Below are positions 1 through 9,748 of a stretch of DNA of 52,436 nt, one piece after another. Below the pieces are notes generated by a model that was given only the letters and a program-made list of their open reading frames with translations, was not told the origin of the DNA and searched no databases. A program made the translations under genes and the position numbers. The DNA lies in contig CASDUD010000162.1 in the NCBI GenBank assembly GCA_949283725.1, positions 1 through 52,436 of the forward strand, written 5' to 3'. The DNA is from an uncultured Ruminococcus sp. (GTDB lineage: Bacteria > Bacillota > Clostridia > Oscillospirales > Ruminococcaceae). Every line of letters begins with the position of its first letter. Within the stretch, counting starts at the first letter, position 1.

Positions 1-1024
1 TGATGTCAATCTTATAGCCCGTGAGCTTTGCCGCCAATTTGGCATTTTGTCCTTTGTTGCCGATGGCCAGCGACAGTTGGTTGTTCGGCACCCGAACGAC
101 ACAGGTACGCTCCTCTTCGCTGAGGATCTGCACCGACAGCACCGCCGCCGGCGCCAATGCCTTGGCAATGAATTCCTCTGGCTTTTCCCGATAGGAAATG
201 ATATCGATTTTCTCCCCGTTCAATTCCTTTACAATGGCAGAGATACGGGACCGATCGGGACCGATGCAGGCACCCACGGCATCCACATTCGGGTCTTTGG
301 ACCAGACCGCCACCTTTGTCCGAGAGCCAGCCTCGCGGGAGATGGACTTGATTTCCACCGTGCCGTCAAAAATTTCCGGAATCGTCAGCTCAAACAGCCG
401 CTTGACGAGTTCCTTGCGCACACGGGAAATTTTGATGATGGGCTTCTTCTGCTTATTGGCGATGGTGGTGATGTACACCTTCACCTGCTGACCCTCTTCC
501 AGCTTTTCGCCGGGGATCTGCTCGTTTCGGAACAAGTACAACTCTGTTTTATGATAGAGCAGCGTGGCTGTGCCGCTGGGTTCTACCCGGAGTACCGTAC
601 AGGTGATGCAGTCGTTCTCCAAGCCCTGGAATTCATTCAAGATCCGTTCCCGGTTGATCTCCCGCAGATCGCCTTTGATAGACTGCTTGGCGGACTGGGC
701 GGCTGCTCTGCCGAACTTCTCAATATTGAGCCGCTTTTCGACCTTCCCGCCGACATAGGCATTCGGGTCGATGGTACGTGCTTCAGCCAGTTCCACCTCG
801 GTCTCGTCGATGGCGATGTCATCCACCACATCCTGTGTCAGGTACATTTCAAAGGTCTTTGTCTCCGGGTCGATCTCGATCCGAAAACGCTCCTCGCTGC
901 TGTTGGGACACGCTCTCCGCGCCGCCTTCAGCATCGCTGATTTCACCTTTTCCACCAACAGCGCTGCGTCCACATTGGCCTCTTTGCCCAATTCGCCCAG
1001 CGCGTCAAAAAAACGATTGTCCAT
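1..1024 (-). CDS. nusA: Transcription termination/antitermination factor NusA (3' end runs off the window; not in the ORF track)
   Basis: Manual translation from ATG 1024: MDNRFFDALGELGKE...FGRAAAQSAKQ...NQLSLAIGNKGQNAKLAAKLTGYKIDI (KH-domain signature). GGAGG RBS near 1037-1041. Directly downstream of rimP. Confidence 0.95.
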   Translation of the reverse strand, partial: MDNRFFDALGELGKEANVDAALLVEKVKSAMLKAARRACPNSSEERFRIEIDPETKTFEMYLTQDVVDDIAIDETEVELAEARTIDPNAYVGGKVEKRLNIEKFGRAAAQSAKQSIKGDLREINRERILNEFQGLENDCITCTVLRVEPSGTATLLYHKTELYLFRNEQIPGEKLEEGQQVKVYITTIANKQKKPIIKISRVRKELVKRLFELTIPEIFDGTVEIKSISREAGSRTKVAVWSKDPNVDAVGACIGPDRSRISAIVKELNGEKIDIISYREKPEEFIAKALAPAAVLSVQILSEEERTCVVRVPNNQLSLAIGNKGQNAKLAAKLTGYKIDI

Positions 1025-1050
1025 GATTTCTTAATGCCTCCGTTACTCCA

Positions 1051-1530
1051 TTAAAATTCTACAGCCACATAGCGCCGCACATAGGAAAGCTCCTCCAGTG
1101 GGAGCGTCACTTCTGTGCCATCTGTCATTTCTATCGTAAGCCTGCCGTCCGCCAGCGCACGAAGTGTGCCGATCCACTCGCGTTCTCCGCCAATGGGGCG
1201 GATGGCACGGGCGCGCACCGTCATGCCCATGCTCTGGGCAAAGTGTTCCGGCTGGTTCAGTTCCCGTTCCAGCCCGGCAGACCCGATCTCCAGCACATAC
1301 GCCTGGGAGATCGGATCCGCCGCGTCGATGGCTTGGTTGATGGGCTTTGTCACCTTTTCGCAGTCCTCGATGGTAATGCCATCGGGGTGGTCGATGAACA
1401 CCCGCAGATACCAATAGGCACCTTCCTTCTCAAAGCTGACATCCCAGATCTGATAACCATATAGATCTGTAATCGGCTTCACCAACTCGTACACGGTTTT
1501 TTCTGTCCCACCGAACCGTTTCATTTTCAT
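1051..1530 (-). CDS. rimP: Ribosome maturation factor RimP
   Basis: WYLRVFIDHPDGITIEDCEKV and YVLEIGSAGLERELN motifs. Start moved to ATG 1530 behind an AAGGAG RBS. rimP-nusA synteny. Confidence 0.95.
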   Translation of the reverse strand: MKMKRFGGTEKTVYELVKPITDLYGYQIWDVSFEKEGAYWYLRVFIDHPDGITIEDCEKVTKPINQAIDAADPISQAYVLEIGSAGLERELNQPEHFAQSMGMTVRARAIRPIGGEREWIGTLRALADGRLTIEMTDGTEVTLPLEELSYVRRYVAVEF

Positions 1531-1599
1531 GGCATGACTCCTTTTCTGACTAAACGCCTGCGCAAACTTCGCACATTCCCCCGCCAGCAGGCGCATACA

Positions 1600-1630
1600 T
1601 AAACGAAAGACCGGTGGGGTTCCGGTCTTT
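1600..1630 (-). promoter_or_regulatory. Terminator-like hairpin in the rimP leader (candidate attenuator)
   Basis: AAAGACCGG-aacccca-CCGGTCTTT followed by CGTTT on the minus strand, about 15 nt after the predicted start site. Confidence 0.6.
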
Positions 1631-1648
1631 GGCTGCATGATTATTTCT

Positions 1649-1677
1649 ATTATAACACTAGTTTTGGAAAAAATCAA
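1649..1677 (-). promoter_or_regulatory. SigmaA promoter of rimP-nusA
   Basis: TTGATT-17 nt-TATAAT with a TG extended -10. Confidence 0.75.
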
Positions 1678-1807
1678 GGGGTTTTGCAGAAAAAAGTGTG
1701 ATTTCTTCAAAAAAATTTCCTGCGGTCTACCCTATATATACCTATGTATGATACCTTTTCAGGCAACACCGCATAAAGATTGTTTCACCGATGTGCACTG
1801 GATTGAA

Positions 1808-3640
1808 TCAGTGTTTTCCTTGTTCACACTTTCCCTGTACCCGCAGCAGCATCCCGCTGAAGGGCGGCAGTTCCACCGTAAACTGCATGCCGCCCCGTAC
1901 CGCATCGCCCATCAGCTGCTTCTGTGCCGGTTCCTCGGTCTGGCCGTGGAATCGCTCCCAGTCGGTGTGCAGCACCAGTTCCAGTCCGGTGCAGTTCTGC
2001 ACGAAAAATGTATAGCGTTGCGTCCCCTCATCAGAGGTATGCAGCAATATCAACAGGCGGCTGTCCCCGGCGCGCCGTTCGATGGCATAGATGCACTTTT
2101 CCGCCTGATGGCAATCCGCCCAGCGAAAGCCCTCTGTCGTGTAATCTCCCTGGGAAAGTGCTGGTTCATGCAGATACAACTGGTTGAGTTCTGTGATAAA
2201 ATGGCAGAATGCGTCATGGGCAGGGTACTGCAAGAGATCCCAGTCCTGCTGCCGCGTCTCCGTCCACTCCCGAAACTGTCCCAACTCGCTGCCCATAAAC
2301 ACCAACTTTTTCCCCGGATGGGCATACATATATAAGTAGAGCAGACGTGCCTGGGGGAATTTCTGGTCATAGTCGCCAAACATCTTCTGTAGAATCGTCG
2401 CCTTGCCATGGACATTCTCATCGTGCGAAAGCGGCAATAGGTAGTATTCATTCGAGAAGTACATCATGGAAAAGGTCAGCTTGTGATACATCTCATGGCG
2501 CACCCACGGATACTGACGGAAATAGTCCAGTGTATCATGCATCCAGCCCATATCCCACTTATAGTCAAACCCTAAACCGCCCTGTTCCACCGGCTTTGTC
2601 ACACCGGAATAATTCGATGAATCCTCTGCAATCAGCATGGCCGTGGGCTGAAGCTGGTGCAGCCCCTGGTTCATGCGCTGTAAGAACGTCGTACCCGCTG
2701 GGTTCACGCCTCGATGTTCCTCTCCGCCCCAGTAGATCAAACGGCTGACAGCATCCATGCGCAAGCCATCAAAGTGAAACACCGAGAGCCAATAATTGGC
2801 GCTCGACTGGAGAAAGCTACACACCTCGCCCCGGGCGTGGATAAAGTTACAGCTGCCCCACTCGCTATAGTTGTCCTCCTTTTCGGGATATTCATAGAGC
2901 GTCGTGCCATCGTAGTGATTCAACGCATAACCATCTACAGCAAAATGTACCGGCACAAAGTCCAAAAGCACACCAATCCCCGCCCGGTGGCAGATGTCCA
3001 CCAGCTGCATCAATTGATGGGCGGTACCATAGCGAGATGTGGGGCTGAAAAATCCCGTACCCTGATAGCCCCACGAGCAGTCCGCTGGGTGCTCATTCAA
3101 TGGCATAAACTCGATATAGTTATAGCCGCGCTGTTTCACATAGGCCACCAATTTTGGGGCAATTTCCTCATAGGTATACCAGCCGTTGGGGTCATCCGGG
3201 TTGGCACACCACGAACCGAGGTGCACTTCATAGATATTGACCGGTTTTTCCCGGTGGCCGCCCCGGCTTTTCATCCACGCCGCATCGTGAAAGCGATAGC
3301 TGTCTAGACTGCGGATGATAGAAGCCGTCTTGGGACGCAGTTCCATGCCAAAGCCATAGGGGTCACAGTGGTCGAGCGTCTCCCAGCCGTCGTGGTTGGG
3401 CACGATGCGATATTTGTACATCTCACCGGGCAGCGCATCTGCCACCGTGATCTCATAGATGCCGCCGTTGTGAATCTTCTGCATCGGCAGCGGCTCCCAG
3501 CCGCCACCCTCCCAGAGCAGAAATACTTCAGCGGCATTCGGCGCAAGCGTGCGGAACACCACACCGCGCTCCGTGATGTGTGCACCAAAATAGGTATAGG
3601 CGTCAAAAACATTGCCCAGAAAAAACTGATGGATGTCCAT
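1808..3640 (-). CDS. glgB: 1,4-alpha-glucan branching enzyme (GH13)
   Basis: NIYEVHLGSW, SWGYQ, FHFDGLRMDAV, IAEDS and LPLSHDENVHGK motifs. Confidence 0.95.
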   Translation of the reverse strand: MDIHQFFLGNVFDAYTYFGAHITERGVVFRTLAPNAAEVFLLWEGGGWEPLPMQKIHNGGIYEITVADALPGEMYKYRIVPNHDGWETLDHCDPYGFGMELRPKTASIIRSLDSYRFHDAAWMKSRGGHREKPVNIYEVHLGSWCANPDDPNGWYTYEEIAPKLVAYVKQRGYNYIEFMPLNEHPADCSWGYQGTGFFSPTSRYGTAHQLMQLVDICHRAGIGVLLDFVPVHFAVDGYALNHYDGTTLYEYPEKEDNYSEWGSCNFIHARGEVCSFLQSSANYWLSVFHFDGLRMDAVSRLIYWGGEEHRGVNPAGTTFLQRMNQGLHQLQPTAMLIAEDSSNYSGVTKPVEQGGLGFDYKWDMGWMHDTLDYFRQYPWVRHEMYHKLTFSMMYFSNEYYLLPLSHDENVHGKATILQKMFGDYDQKFPQARLLYLYMYAHPGKKLVFMGSELGQFREWTETRQQDWDLLQYPAHDAFCHFITELNQLYLHEPALSQGDYTTEGFRWADCHQAEKCIYAIERRAGDSRLLILLHTSDEGTQRYTFFVQNCTGLELVLHTDWERFHGQTEEPAQKQLMGDAVRGGMQFTVELPPFSGMLLRVQGKCEQGKH

Positions 3641-3882
3641 AAATCATTCTCCTTTGCGGTTGCATAGTATGGGGATCTCTGATATTATTATAATAGAAAG
3701 CTACGGGAAAAACAAGTATGCATAGGGTGAAAATGTTTATTATGCAGCAAAAACAGAAAATTTGTCAATTTATAACGTATACGCATAGCCGAAACGCCCC
3801 CATTTTCGAGCCAATTTTTTGGGGCGAAACTACGCTCGACCAGAGAGAAAATGGATCGCCTAGAAAAATTTTGAAAAAACCA

Positions 3883-3911
3883 TTGCATTTTTCATGAAAA
3901 TACGGTATAAT
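3883..3911 (+). promoter_or_regulatory. SigmaA promoter of fba
   Basis: TTGCAT-17 nt-TATAAT. Confidence 0.75.
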
Positions 3912-4015
3912 AAAGCTAAGGCGTGTATCCCTCCATCTGAGGCGCGCTCTATAGACAGCCTGTCCGGCAGGAAGAGACGGCTGTACGGAATCTATCACAT
4001 TGGAGGCATTGATTT

Positions 4016-4879
4016 ATGTTAGTATCGGCAAAGGATATGATGCAGGCGGCTATGAAGGGCAAGTATGCCGTAGGTCAGTTCAACATCAACAATCTGGAAT
4101 GGACAAAGGCCATCTTGAACACCGCACAGAAGCTGAATTCTCCGGTGATCCTCGGCGTTTCCGGCGGTGCTGGTAAGTACATGACCGGATTCAAAACCGT
4201 GGCGGCTATGGTAAAGGCGATGGATGAGACACTCGGCATCACCGTTCCGGTAGCCGTCCACCTCGACCACGGCACCTATGACCAGTGCTATGACTGCATC
4301 AAGGCAGGCTTCACTTCCATCATGTTTGACGGCTCACACTTCCCGATTGAAGAGAACCTCGCAAAGACCCGTGAACTGGTAGCTGTGGCACACAAGCTTG
4401 GGCTTTCCATCGAGGCAGAGGTTGGCGCGATCGGCGGCGAAGAGGACGGCGTAGTCGGCAAGGGCGAGTGCGCAGACCCGCAGGAATGCAAGACCATCGC
4501 AGATCTCGGCGTAGACATCCTGGCTGCTGGCATCGGCAATATCCACGGCGTATATCCGGAGAACTGGGAAGGTCTTAGCTTTGAGACATTGGAGGCAGTT
4601 AAGAAGGCCGTTGGCGATATGCCGCTGGTACTCCACGGCGGCACAGGCATTCCGGACGAGCAGATCACCAAGGCCATCTCGCTGGGCGTTGCCAAGATCA
4701 ACGTAAACACCGAGTGCCAGCTGGTATTCGCAGAAGCCACCAGAAAGTATATTGAAGAAGGCAAGGATCTGAAGGGCAAGGGCTTTGACCCGAGAAAGCT
4801 GCTGCTGCCGGGCTATGAGGCCATCATGGCAAAGGTAGAGGAAAAGATGCAGCTGTTCGGTTCGGTCGACAAGGCATAA
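4016..4879 (+). CDS. fba: Class II fructose-1,6-bisphosphate aldolase
   Basis: VAVHLDHG, SIMFDGSH, GIGNIHG, LVLHGGTG and KINVNTE motifs. GGAGG RBS. Confidence 0.95.
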   Translation: MLVSAKDMMQAAMKGKYAVGQFNINNLEWTKAILNTAQKLNSPVILGVSGGAGKYMTGFKTVAAMVKAMDETLGITVPVAVHLDHGTYDQCYDCIKAGFTSIMFDGSHFPIEENLAKTRELVAVAHKLGLSIEAEVGAIGGEEDGVVGKGECADPQECKTIADLGVDILAAGIGNIHGVYPENWEGLSFETLEAVKKAVGDMPLVLHGGTGIPDEQITKAISLGVAKINVNTECQLVFAEATRKYIEEGKDLKGKGFDPRKLLLPGYEAIMAKVEEKMQLFGSVDKA

Positions 4880-4941
4880 GTGCCCCTCACGCGAAGCGAG
4901 TGCTGAGAACAGGCTCTGGAACAGAAATAGAAACAGACAAG

Positions 4942-4981
4942 AAGGGACTGCCGTACCCATTCGGGTGCAGCAGTCCTTTTT
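4942..4981 (+). terminator. Intrinsic terminator after fba
   Basis: GGGACTGC...GCAGTCC stem followed by a T run, between convergent genes. Confidence 0.75.
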
Positions 4982-4992
4982 GGCGCCTGCCC

Positions 4993-5562
4993 TCAGGAAA
5001 GTGCCTCTGTCTCTGTCGGCGTGGCCACGGCTGTACCAGACTGAAACTTTGAAAACGTCAGTTCCGCCGCATAGCTGTCCAACACAAAGGAAGCCAAATC
5101 GCCATGTTCCGTGAGCCGCAGGGTATAGGGCGTACCTTCGAGTTCCCCCTCTACGGCAATGTATCCGTCGCTGTCCGATTCTCCCGTAATCGTCTCCTCC
5201 TGCGCCAATGTATCCACAACGGTGATCAGCTGTAACAGTGCAGACTTGGCGGGCATCGCCGTCTGGGGCACGGAAAACGCCAGCCCCTTATAAGAGGCGG
5301 TGACTTCACCATCCTGGAAGTCCAGTACCACCCCATCCAGCGAAGCGGGCTGGACAAACGCCGCCTGCCACACGCCCTCCCCCATCCGGCAAAGCGTACC
5401 TTCTGCTGTCAGATCCTCCACCGTCATAGTCATCTCGGTGGTAAAGCTGCCGCCCAGCTTTTGTGCGGCACTGGCATCGCCACCGGAACGGGTGCAGCCG
5501 CACCAGAACAAACTCCCGGCCGCTGCCACCGCCAATCCTGCCATCCATCTTCGTCGAACCAT
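4993..5562 (-). CDS. Hypothetical lipoprotein
   Basis: MVRRRWMAGLAVAAAGSLFWCGC is a lipobox-like signal, followed by an acidic mature domain. AGGAGG RBS upstream of ATG 5562. Confidence 0.7.
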   Translation of the reverse strand: MVRRRWMAGLAVAAAGSLFWCGCTRSGGDASAAQKLGGSFTTEMTMTVEDLTAEGTLCRMGEGVWQAAFVQPASLDGVVLDFQDGEVTASYKGLAFSVPQTAMPAKSALLQLITVVDTLAQEETITGESDSDGYIAVEGELEGTPYTLRLTEHGDLASFVLDSYAAELTFSKFQSGTAVATPTETEALS

Positions 5563-5661
5563 ATCCAATGCCCTCCTATTCCAGTATGTGGGCAGTCTCC
5601 TTGCTGCCGCTGCGGCGGGAAAAGACCAGATTTCGGACAACAGCCTTTGAGCATCCGCCCG

Positions 5662-6543
5662 CTAGCGGCGTGCCTGTTCCAATCGGCGCAGTGCCTCTGG
5701 CAAAAACGCCAGTATATCGCGGGGCAGCATCGCCTGTTGAGATCGCTGCGCCGCCGCCAGATCCCCCGCCATCCCATGGAGATACACCGCCGCACAGGCT
5801 GCGTCCCACGCCGAAAGCCCCTGGGTAACAAAGGCGGCTGTCAGTCCCGCCAGCACGTCGCCGCTGCCGCCCCGGCTCATCCCAGGATTGCCGGTGGGGT
5901 TACGCCGGGCGATATCCCCCTGCGCCACAATCGTCCCCGCGCCTTTCAACACCAATGTCACCGGATATGCCTGCACAAACGCCTGTGCGGTGCCGGCCCG
6001 ATGGGTCTGGATGTCCGGGATCGTTTTTCCCGTAAGGCGTGCCATCTCCCCCGGATGCGGGGTCAAGATCCAGTCTGTCCTCTGCCGTCTGCTTATATCT
6101 ATGCAGTCCACAAGGCAGTTTAGACCATCGGCATCGATGACGACGGGACATTTCGCCGTCTCGAGCACCCAGCGCACCAGCTTTTTCGTCTCTTCGGTCA
6201 CGCCCATGCCGCAGCCGATCAGGATCCCGTTCGCCCGCTGGATATGCGGCAAAAGCGTTGTCTGGTTATCCGAACAGGTCATAAAGCCCGCCGCATCTGC
6301 ATGCAGCGAAAGCCACATCGCCTCCGGCACCGCCGCCGCCAGCCGCATGGGATTTTCCGGCGCGGTCGCAACCGTCACCAGCCCGGCGCCGCCCCGCAGT
6401 GCCGACTCGGTAGAGAGCAGGCACGCCCCCGGCATATTCCGGCTCCCAGTCAGGCACAACAGCCGCCCGAAGTCGCCCTTTTGGGCATCGGCTTTGCGCC
6501 GAGGTATGATTTTTTGTATGGTCTCCCACGTCAGTTCCTGCAT
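5662..6543 (-). CDS. nnrD: NAD(P)H-hydrate dehydratase (YjeF C-terminal domain)
   Basis: KGDFG, GGAGLV, VVIDADGLN, ILTPHPGEMARL and GNPGMSRGGSGDVLAG motifs. Confidence 0.92.
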   Translation of the reverse strand: MQELTWETIQKIIPRRKADAQKGDFGRLLCLTGSRNMPGACLLSTESALRGGAGLVTVATAPENPMRLAAAVPEAMWLSLHADAAGFMTCSDNQTTLLPHIQRANGILIGCGMGVTEETKKLVRWVLETAKCPVVIDADGLNCLVDCIDISRRQRTDWILTPHPGEMARLTGKTIPDIQTHRAGTAQAFVQAYPVTLVLKGAGTIVAQGDIARRNPTGNPGMSRGGSGDVLAGLTAAFVTQGLSAWDAACAAVYLHGMAGDLAAAQRSQQAMLPRDILAFLPEALRRLEQARR

Positions 6544-6714
6544 GATGTTTGCGCCTCCCTCTGATACAGCGTTGTTCCCACATGGCTATGGCTCGATTAT
6601 GGGAACACGCGCTATGGAAAGTATAGCATATTTCTGCGGCTATGGCAAATGTTGCGCATTTCTCCCCAAAAACACCAATCTGCTTTCCAGAGAAGAACTT
6701 TTTTGCCAAATCCC

Positions 6715-6743
6715 TTGCAATCCAAGTTTGTTTATGGTATGAT
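6715..6743 (+). promoter_or_regulatory. SigmaA promoter of the GH94 gene (~300-nt leader)
   Basis: TTGCAA-17 nt-TATGAT with a TG extension. Confidence 0.6.
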
Positions 6744-7047
6744 TAAGCTAAGGTAGCACTATACAAAGATTGTGTGCCAGATGCGTTGGCAGATTTTTCG
6801 TCAGATGAAACAAAAAACAGGATGTATTTACACGTATTTTTGTGAAATATGAAAAAAGATGCAAGCAGATGGTGCGCAAGGACTTTGTGCGGTGCTGCCC
6901 AGCAGCCAGAGGGCTTGCTTTCACACGTGAACGGGATTTCCCCGGCTTCACAACAAAAGGGCATCCCTGTGCAACAATCGTTCTGTAATCGCACTGTATG
7001 CGCACGGAAACTGCCCAAATATCACATAGCAAAGGAGTATATATCCC

Positions 7048-9444
7048 ATGCAGTATGGCCATTTTGATCTAGAACACAAGGAATATGTCATCGACCGCCC
7101 CGATACCCCCGCTCCCTGGGTGAACTATTTAGGTTCTCCGGCATATGGCGCGATGATCTCCAACAACGCCGCCGGCTACAGCTTTGTGAAGTCTGGTGCC
7201 AACGGCAGAATCATCCGTTTTCGCTTTAACTCTATGATGGCACTGCCCGGCAGATATATCTATCTCCGGGACAACGATACCGCCGACTATTGGTCTGCCT
7301 CCTGGCAGCCGGTGGGCAAGCCCCTCGACCAGTATAAGAGCGTCTGCCGCCATGGTACGGCGTACACCGTCATCTCGGCGGAATATGCGGGCATTGCTTC
7401 CGAAGTGACCTACTACGTGCCCCTCGACGCCACCCACGAGGTATGGCGTGCCATCATCACCAATACCGGGGACAAGCCTCGCAATCTATCTACCTTTGGC
7501 TTTGTGGAATTCACCAACGATAACAACTATGAACAAGATCAGGTGAACCTCCAATATACCCTGTTCATCACGCGAACCAGCTTTGAGGGTAACAAGATCC
7601 TCCAGCACATCAACGAGAACAGCGGCAAGGATGCCTCCGGCTCAAACCATCAGGAACGCTTCTTCGGCATGGTCGGCGCACCGATCTCTGGCTATTGCGG
7701 CAATCCCGACAGCTTCTTCGGCCCCTATCGCACCTACTCCAACCCGATCGCCGTGGAACAGGGCAAGTGCTCCGGCGAAATGAACTACAATTCCAACGCT
7801 TGCGGCGTGCTGCAAAGCGACCTAGTGCTCCAGCCGGGCGAGTCTAAGGAAATCATCTTTGTGCTGGGACAGAAGGACAATGCTCAGGCCGATGCGATCC
7901 TGGCGGCGTATGAAACACCGGGGAAGGTGGAAACGGAAGTGGCTGCGCTGAAAGCGTACTGGCACAGCAAGCTCGCGAACTTCCAGGTACAGACTCCCTC
8001 GCCGGAATTCAACAATATGATCAATGTCTGGAACGCCTATCAGTGCTTTATCACCTTCATCTGGTCGCGTGCCGCTTCCTTTGTATATTGCGGTCTGCGA
8101 AATGGGTATGGCTATCGGGATACGGTGCAGGATATCCAGGGCATCATCCATCTCGACCCAGAGATGGCGGCAGACAAGATCCGCTTTATGCTATCCGCAC
8201 AAGTGGATAACGGCGGTGGCCTGCCGCTTGTCAAGTTCGACCACAACGCCGGCCATGAGAATACCCCCGACGACCCGGAATATGTCAAGGAAACCGGTCA
8301 TCCCTCCTATCGGGCAGACGATGCCCTGTGGCTGTTCCCGACCATCCAGAAGTATGTGGGCGAATCGGGCAACAAGGCTTTTTATGACGAAGTCATCGTC
8401 TATGCAAACGGCGGCGAAGATACCGTGTATGACCACCTGAAACGTGCAATTCGTTTCTCTATGGAACGTCTGGGCGACCATCATATGCCGGCTGGGCTCC
8501 ACGCCGACTGGAACGACTGCCTGCGACTGGGCAAGAAGGGCGAATCCACCTTTGTGGCATTCCAGTTGTACTATGCCATGTCCATGATGCGCGGCTTGGC
8601 GCAGGAACGGGGTGACAGCGACTATGTCACCTATCTGGACAAGGTGCAAAAGGCGCTCGGCGAATCCCTCGAAGCCTGCTGGGACGAGGATCGCTTTATT
8701 CGCGGCATCCGGGAGGACGGCATCGTTGTGGGAGCCAAGAAAGATCCCGAAGCGTCGATGTGGCTCAATCCACAGAGCTGGAGCATCATCTCCGGCTTTG
8801 CCTCGGAGGAACAGAGCGAAAAGGCGATGCAATCGGTCGCCGAGATTCTCGATACACCCTATGGTGCAAAGCTGCTCGACCCGCCATACATCGACCACTA
8901 TTTTGATGGGGCACTGATGCATATCTTTAACCCGGACACCAAGGAGAACGGCGGCATCTTCTCCCAGTCCCAAGGCTGGCTCATTCTGGCAGAAAGTCTC
9001 CTGGGGCACGGCAACGATGCATTCCGCTATTTCCTCGAAAGTTCTCCGGCATCCATGAACGACAAGGCACAGCAGCGCGTGATGGAACCGTACGTACACG
9101 GCCAGTTCACCGAATCCTCCGCTTCGCCGTATGAGGGGCGTTCGCACGTACACTGGCTTACCGGGACGGCTTCTACGGTCATGGTCGGTTGTGTAGAAGG
9201 CATCTGCGGCATGCGCCCCGATGCAGACGGTCTGCACATCAACCCCTCCATTCCATCGGATTGGGATGGCTTCCAGATGGAAAAGACCTTCCGGGGGAAG
9301 AAGCTCTCTATCACCGTCCAGAACCCGAACCATGTCCAGAGTGGCGTGGCTTCGCTGACGCTCAACGGCGAAACACTGGAAGGTGACTACGTGCCCGCCA
9401 GCGCACTGGCAGAGAACAATAGCATCGAGGTCGTACTGGGCTAA
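7048..9444 (+). CDS. GH94 glycoside phosphorylase (cellodextrin/chitobiose phosphorylase-like)
   Basis: MQYGHFD...PDTPAPWVNYLG, GYGYRDTVQD, ADWNDCL (catalytic Asp), KENGGIF and WLTGTA motifs; 798 aa. Substrate cannot be fixed from motifs alone. Confidence 0.9.
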   Translation: MQYGHFDLEHKEYVIDRPDTPAPWVNYLGSPAYGAMISNNAAGYSFVKSGANGRIIRFRFNSMMALPGRYIYLRDNDTADYWSASWQPVGKPLDQYKSVCRHGTAYTVISAEYAGIASEVTYYVPLDATHEVWRAIITNTGDKPRNLSTFGFVEFTNDNNYEQDQVNLQYTLFITRTSFEGNKILQHINENSGKDASGSNHQERFFGMVGAPISGYCGNPDSFFGPYRTYSNPIAVEQGKCSGEMNYNSNACGVLQSDLVLQPGESKEIIFVLGQKDNAQADAILAAYETPGKVETEVAALKAYWHSKLANFQVQTPSPEFNNMINVWNAYQCFITFIWSRAASFVYCGLRNGYGYRDTVQDIQGIIHLDPEMAADKIRFMLSAQVDNGGGLPLVKFDHNAGHENTPDDPEYVKETGHPSYRADDALWLFPTIQKYVGESGNKAFYDEVIVYANGGEDTVYDHLKRAIRFSMERLGDHHMPAGLHADWNDCLRLGKKGESTFVAFQLYYAMSMMRGLAQERGDSDYVTYLDKVQKALGESLEACWDEDRFIRGIREDGIVVGAKKDPEASMWLNPQSWSIISGFASEEQSEKAMQSVAEILDTPYGAKLLDPPYIDHYFDGALMHIFNPDTKENGGIFSQSQGWLILAESLLGHGNDAFRYFLESSPASMNDKAQQRVMEPYVHGQFTESSASPYEGRSHVHWLTGTASTVMVGCVEGICGMRPDADGLHINPSIPSDWDGFQMEKTFRGKKLSITVQNPNHVQSGVASLTLNGETLEGDYVPASALAENNSIEVVLG

Positions 9445-9474
9445 GCACCTGTACAGATACATCGAATCAAAAGC

Positions 9475-9515
9475 AAAGCTGCCGCAGGGAGAAAACGCTC
9501 TGTGGCAGCTTTTTT
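9475..9515 (+). terminator. Intrinsic terminator after GH94
   Basis: AAAGCTGCCGCAG...CTGTGGCAGCTTTTTT. Confidence 0.8.
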
Positions 9516-9599
9516 ATCCACACGCTTAGATGCGAAAAGAAAAAATTTTCCCCACTTCGCGCTTACATGATGGATCTGTGCACTTCATACGAAACTTCA

Positions 9600-9645
9600 G
9601 GCAACACCGCACAAAGACCACATTTTGGTTTTGTACGGTGTTGCC
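9600..9645. repeat. Dispersed repeat family A, palindromic copy
   Basis: GGCAACACCGCACAAAGACCA-cattt-TGGTTTTGTACGGTGTTGCC. Related copies near 1762, 6866-6900, 16937, 17063-17092, 32855-32951, 35680-35725, 35891, 46032 and 48427-48470. Confidence 0.85.
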
Positions 9646-9748
9646 TTAACTTTTATTTTACATAAATTTAACTGCCAAAAGGTGGTTATTTGGAAGAAAT
9701 CCATGTATGATTATGGAAAAGAACACCATGCAGAAAGGGGTGATTTCC

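Noticed and set aside
47-940. 297-aa plus-strand ORF
   Set aside because: Antisense shadow of nusA, which the ORF track missed because its stop lies outside the window.
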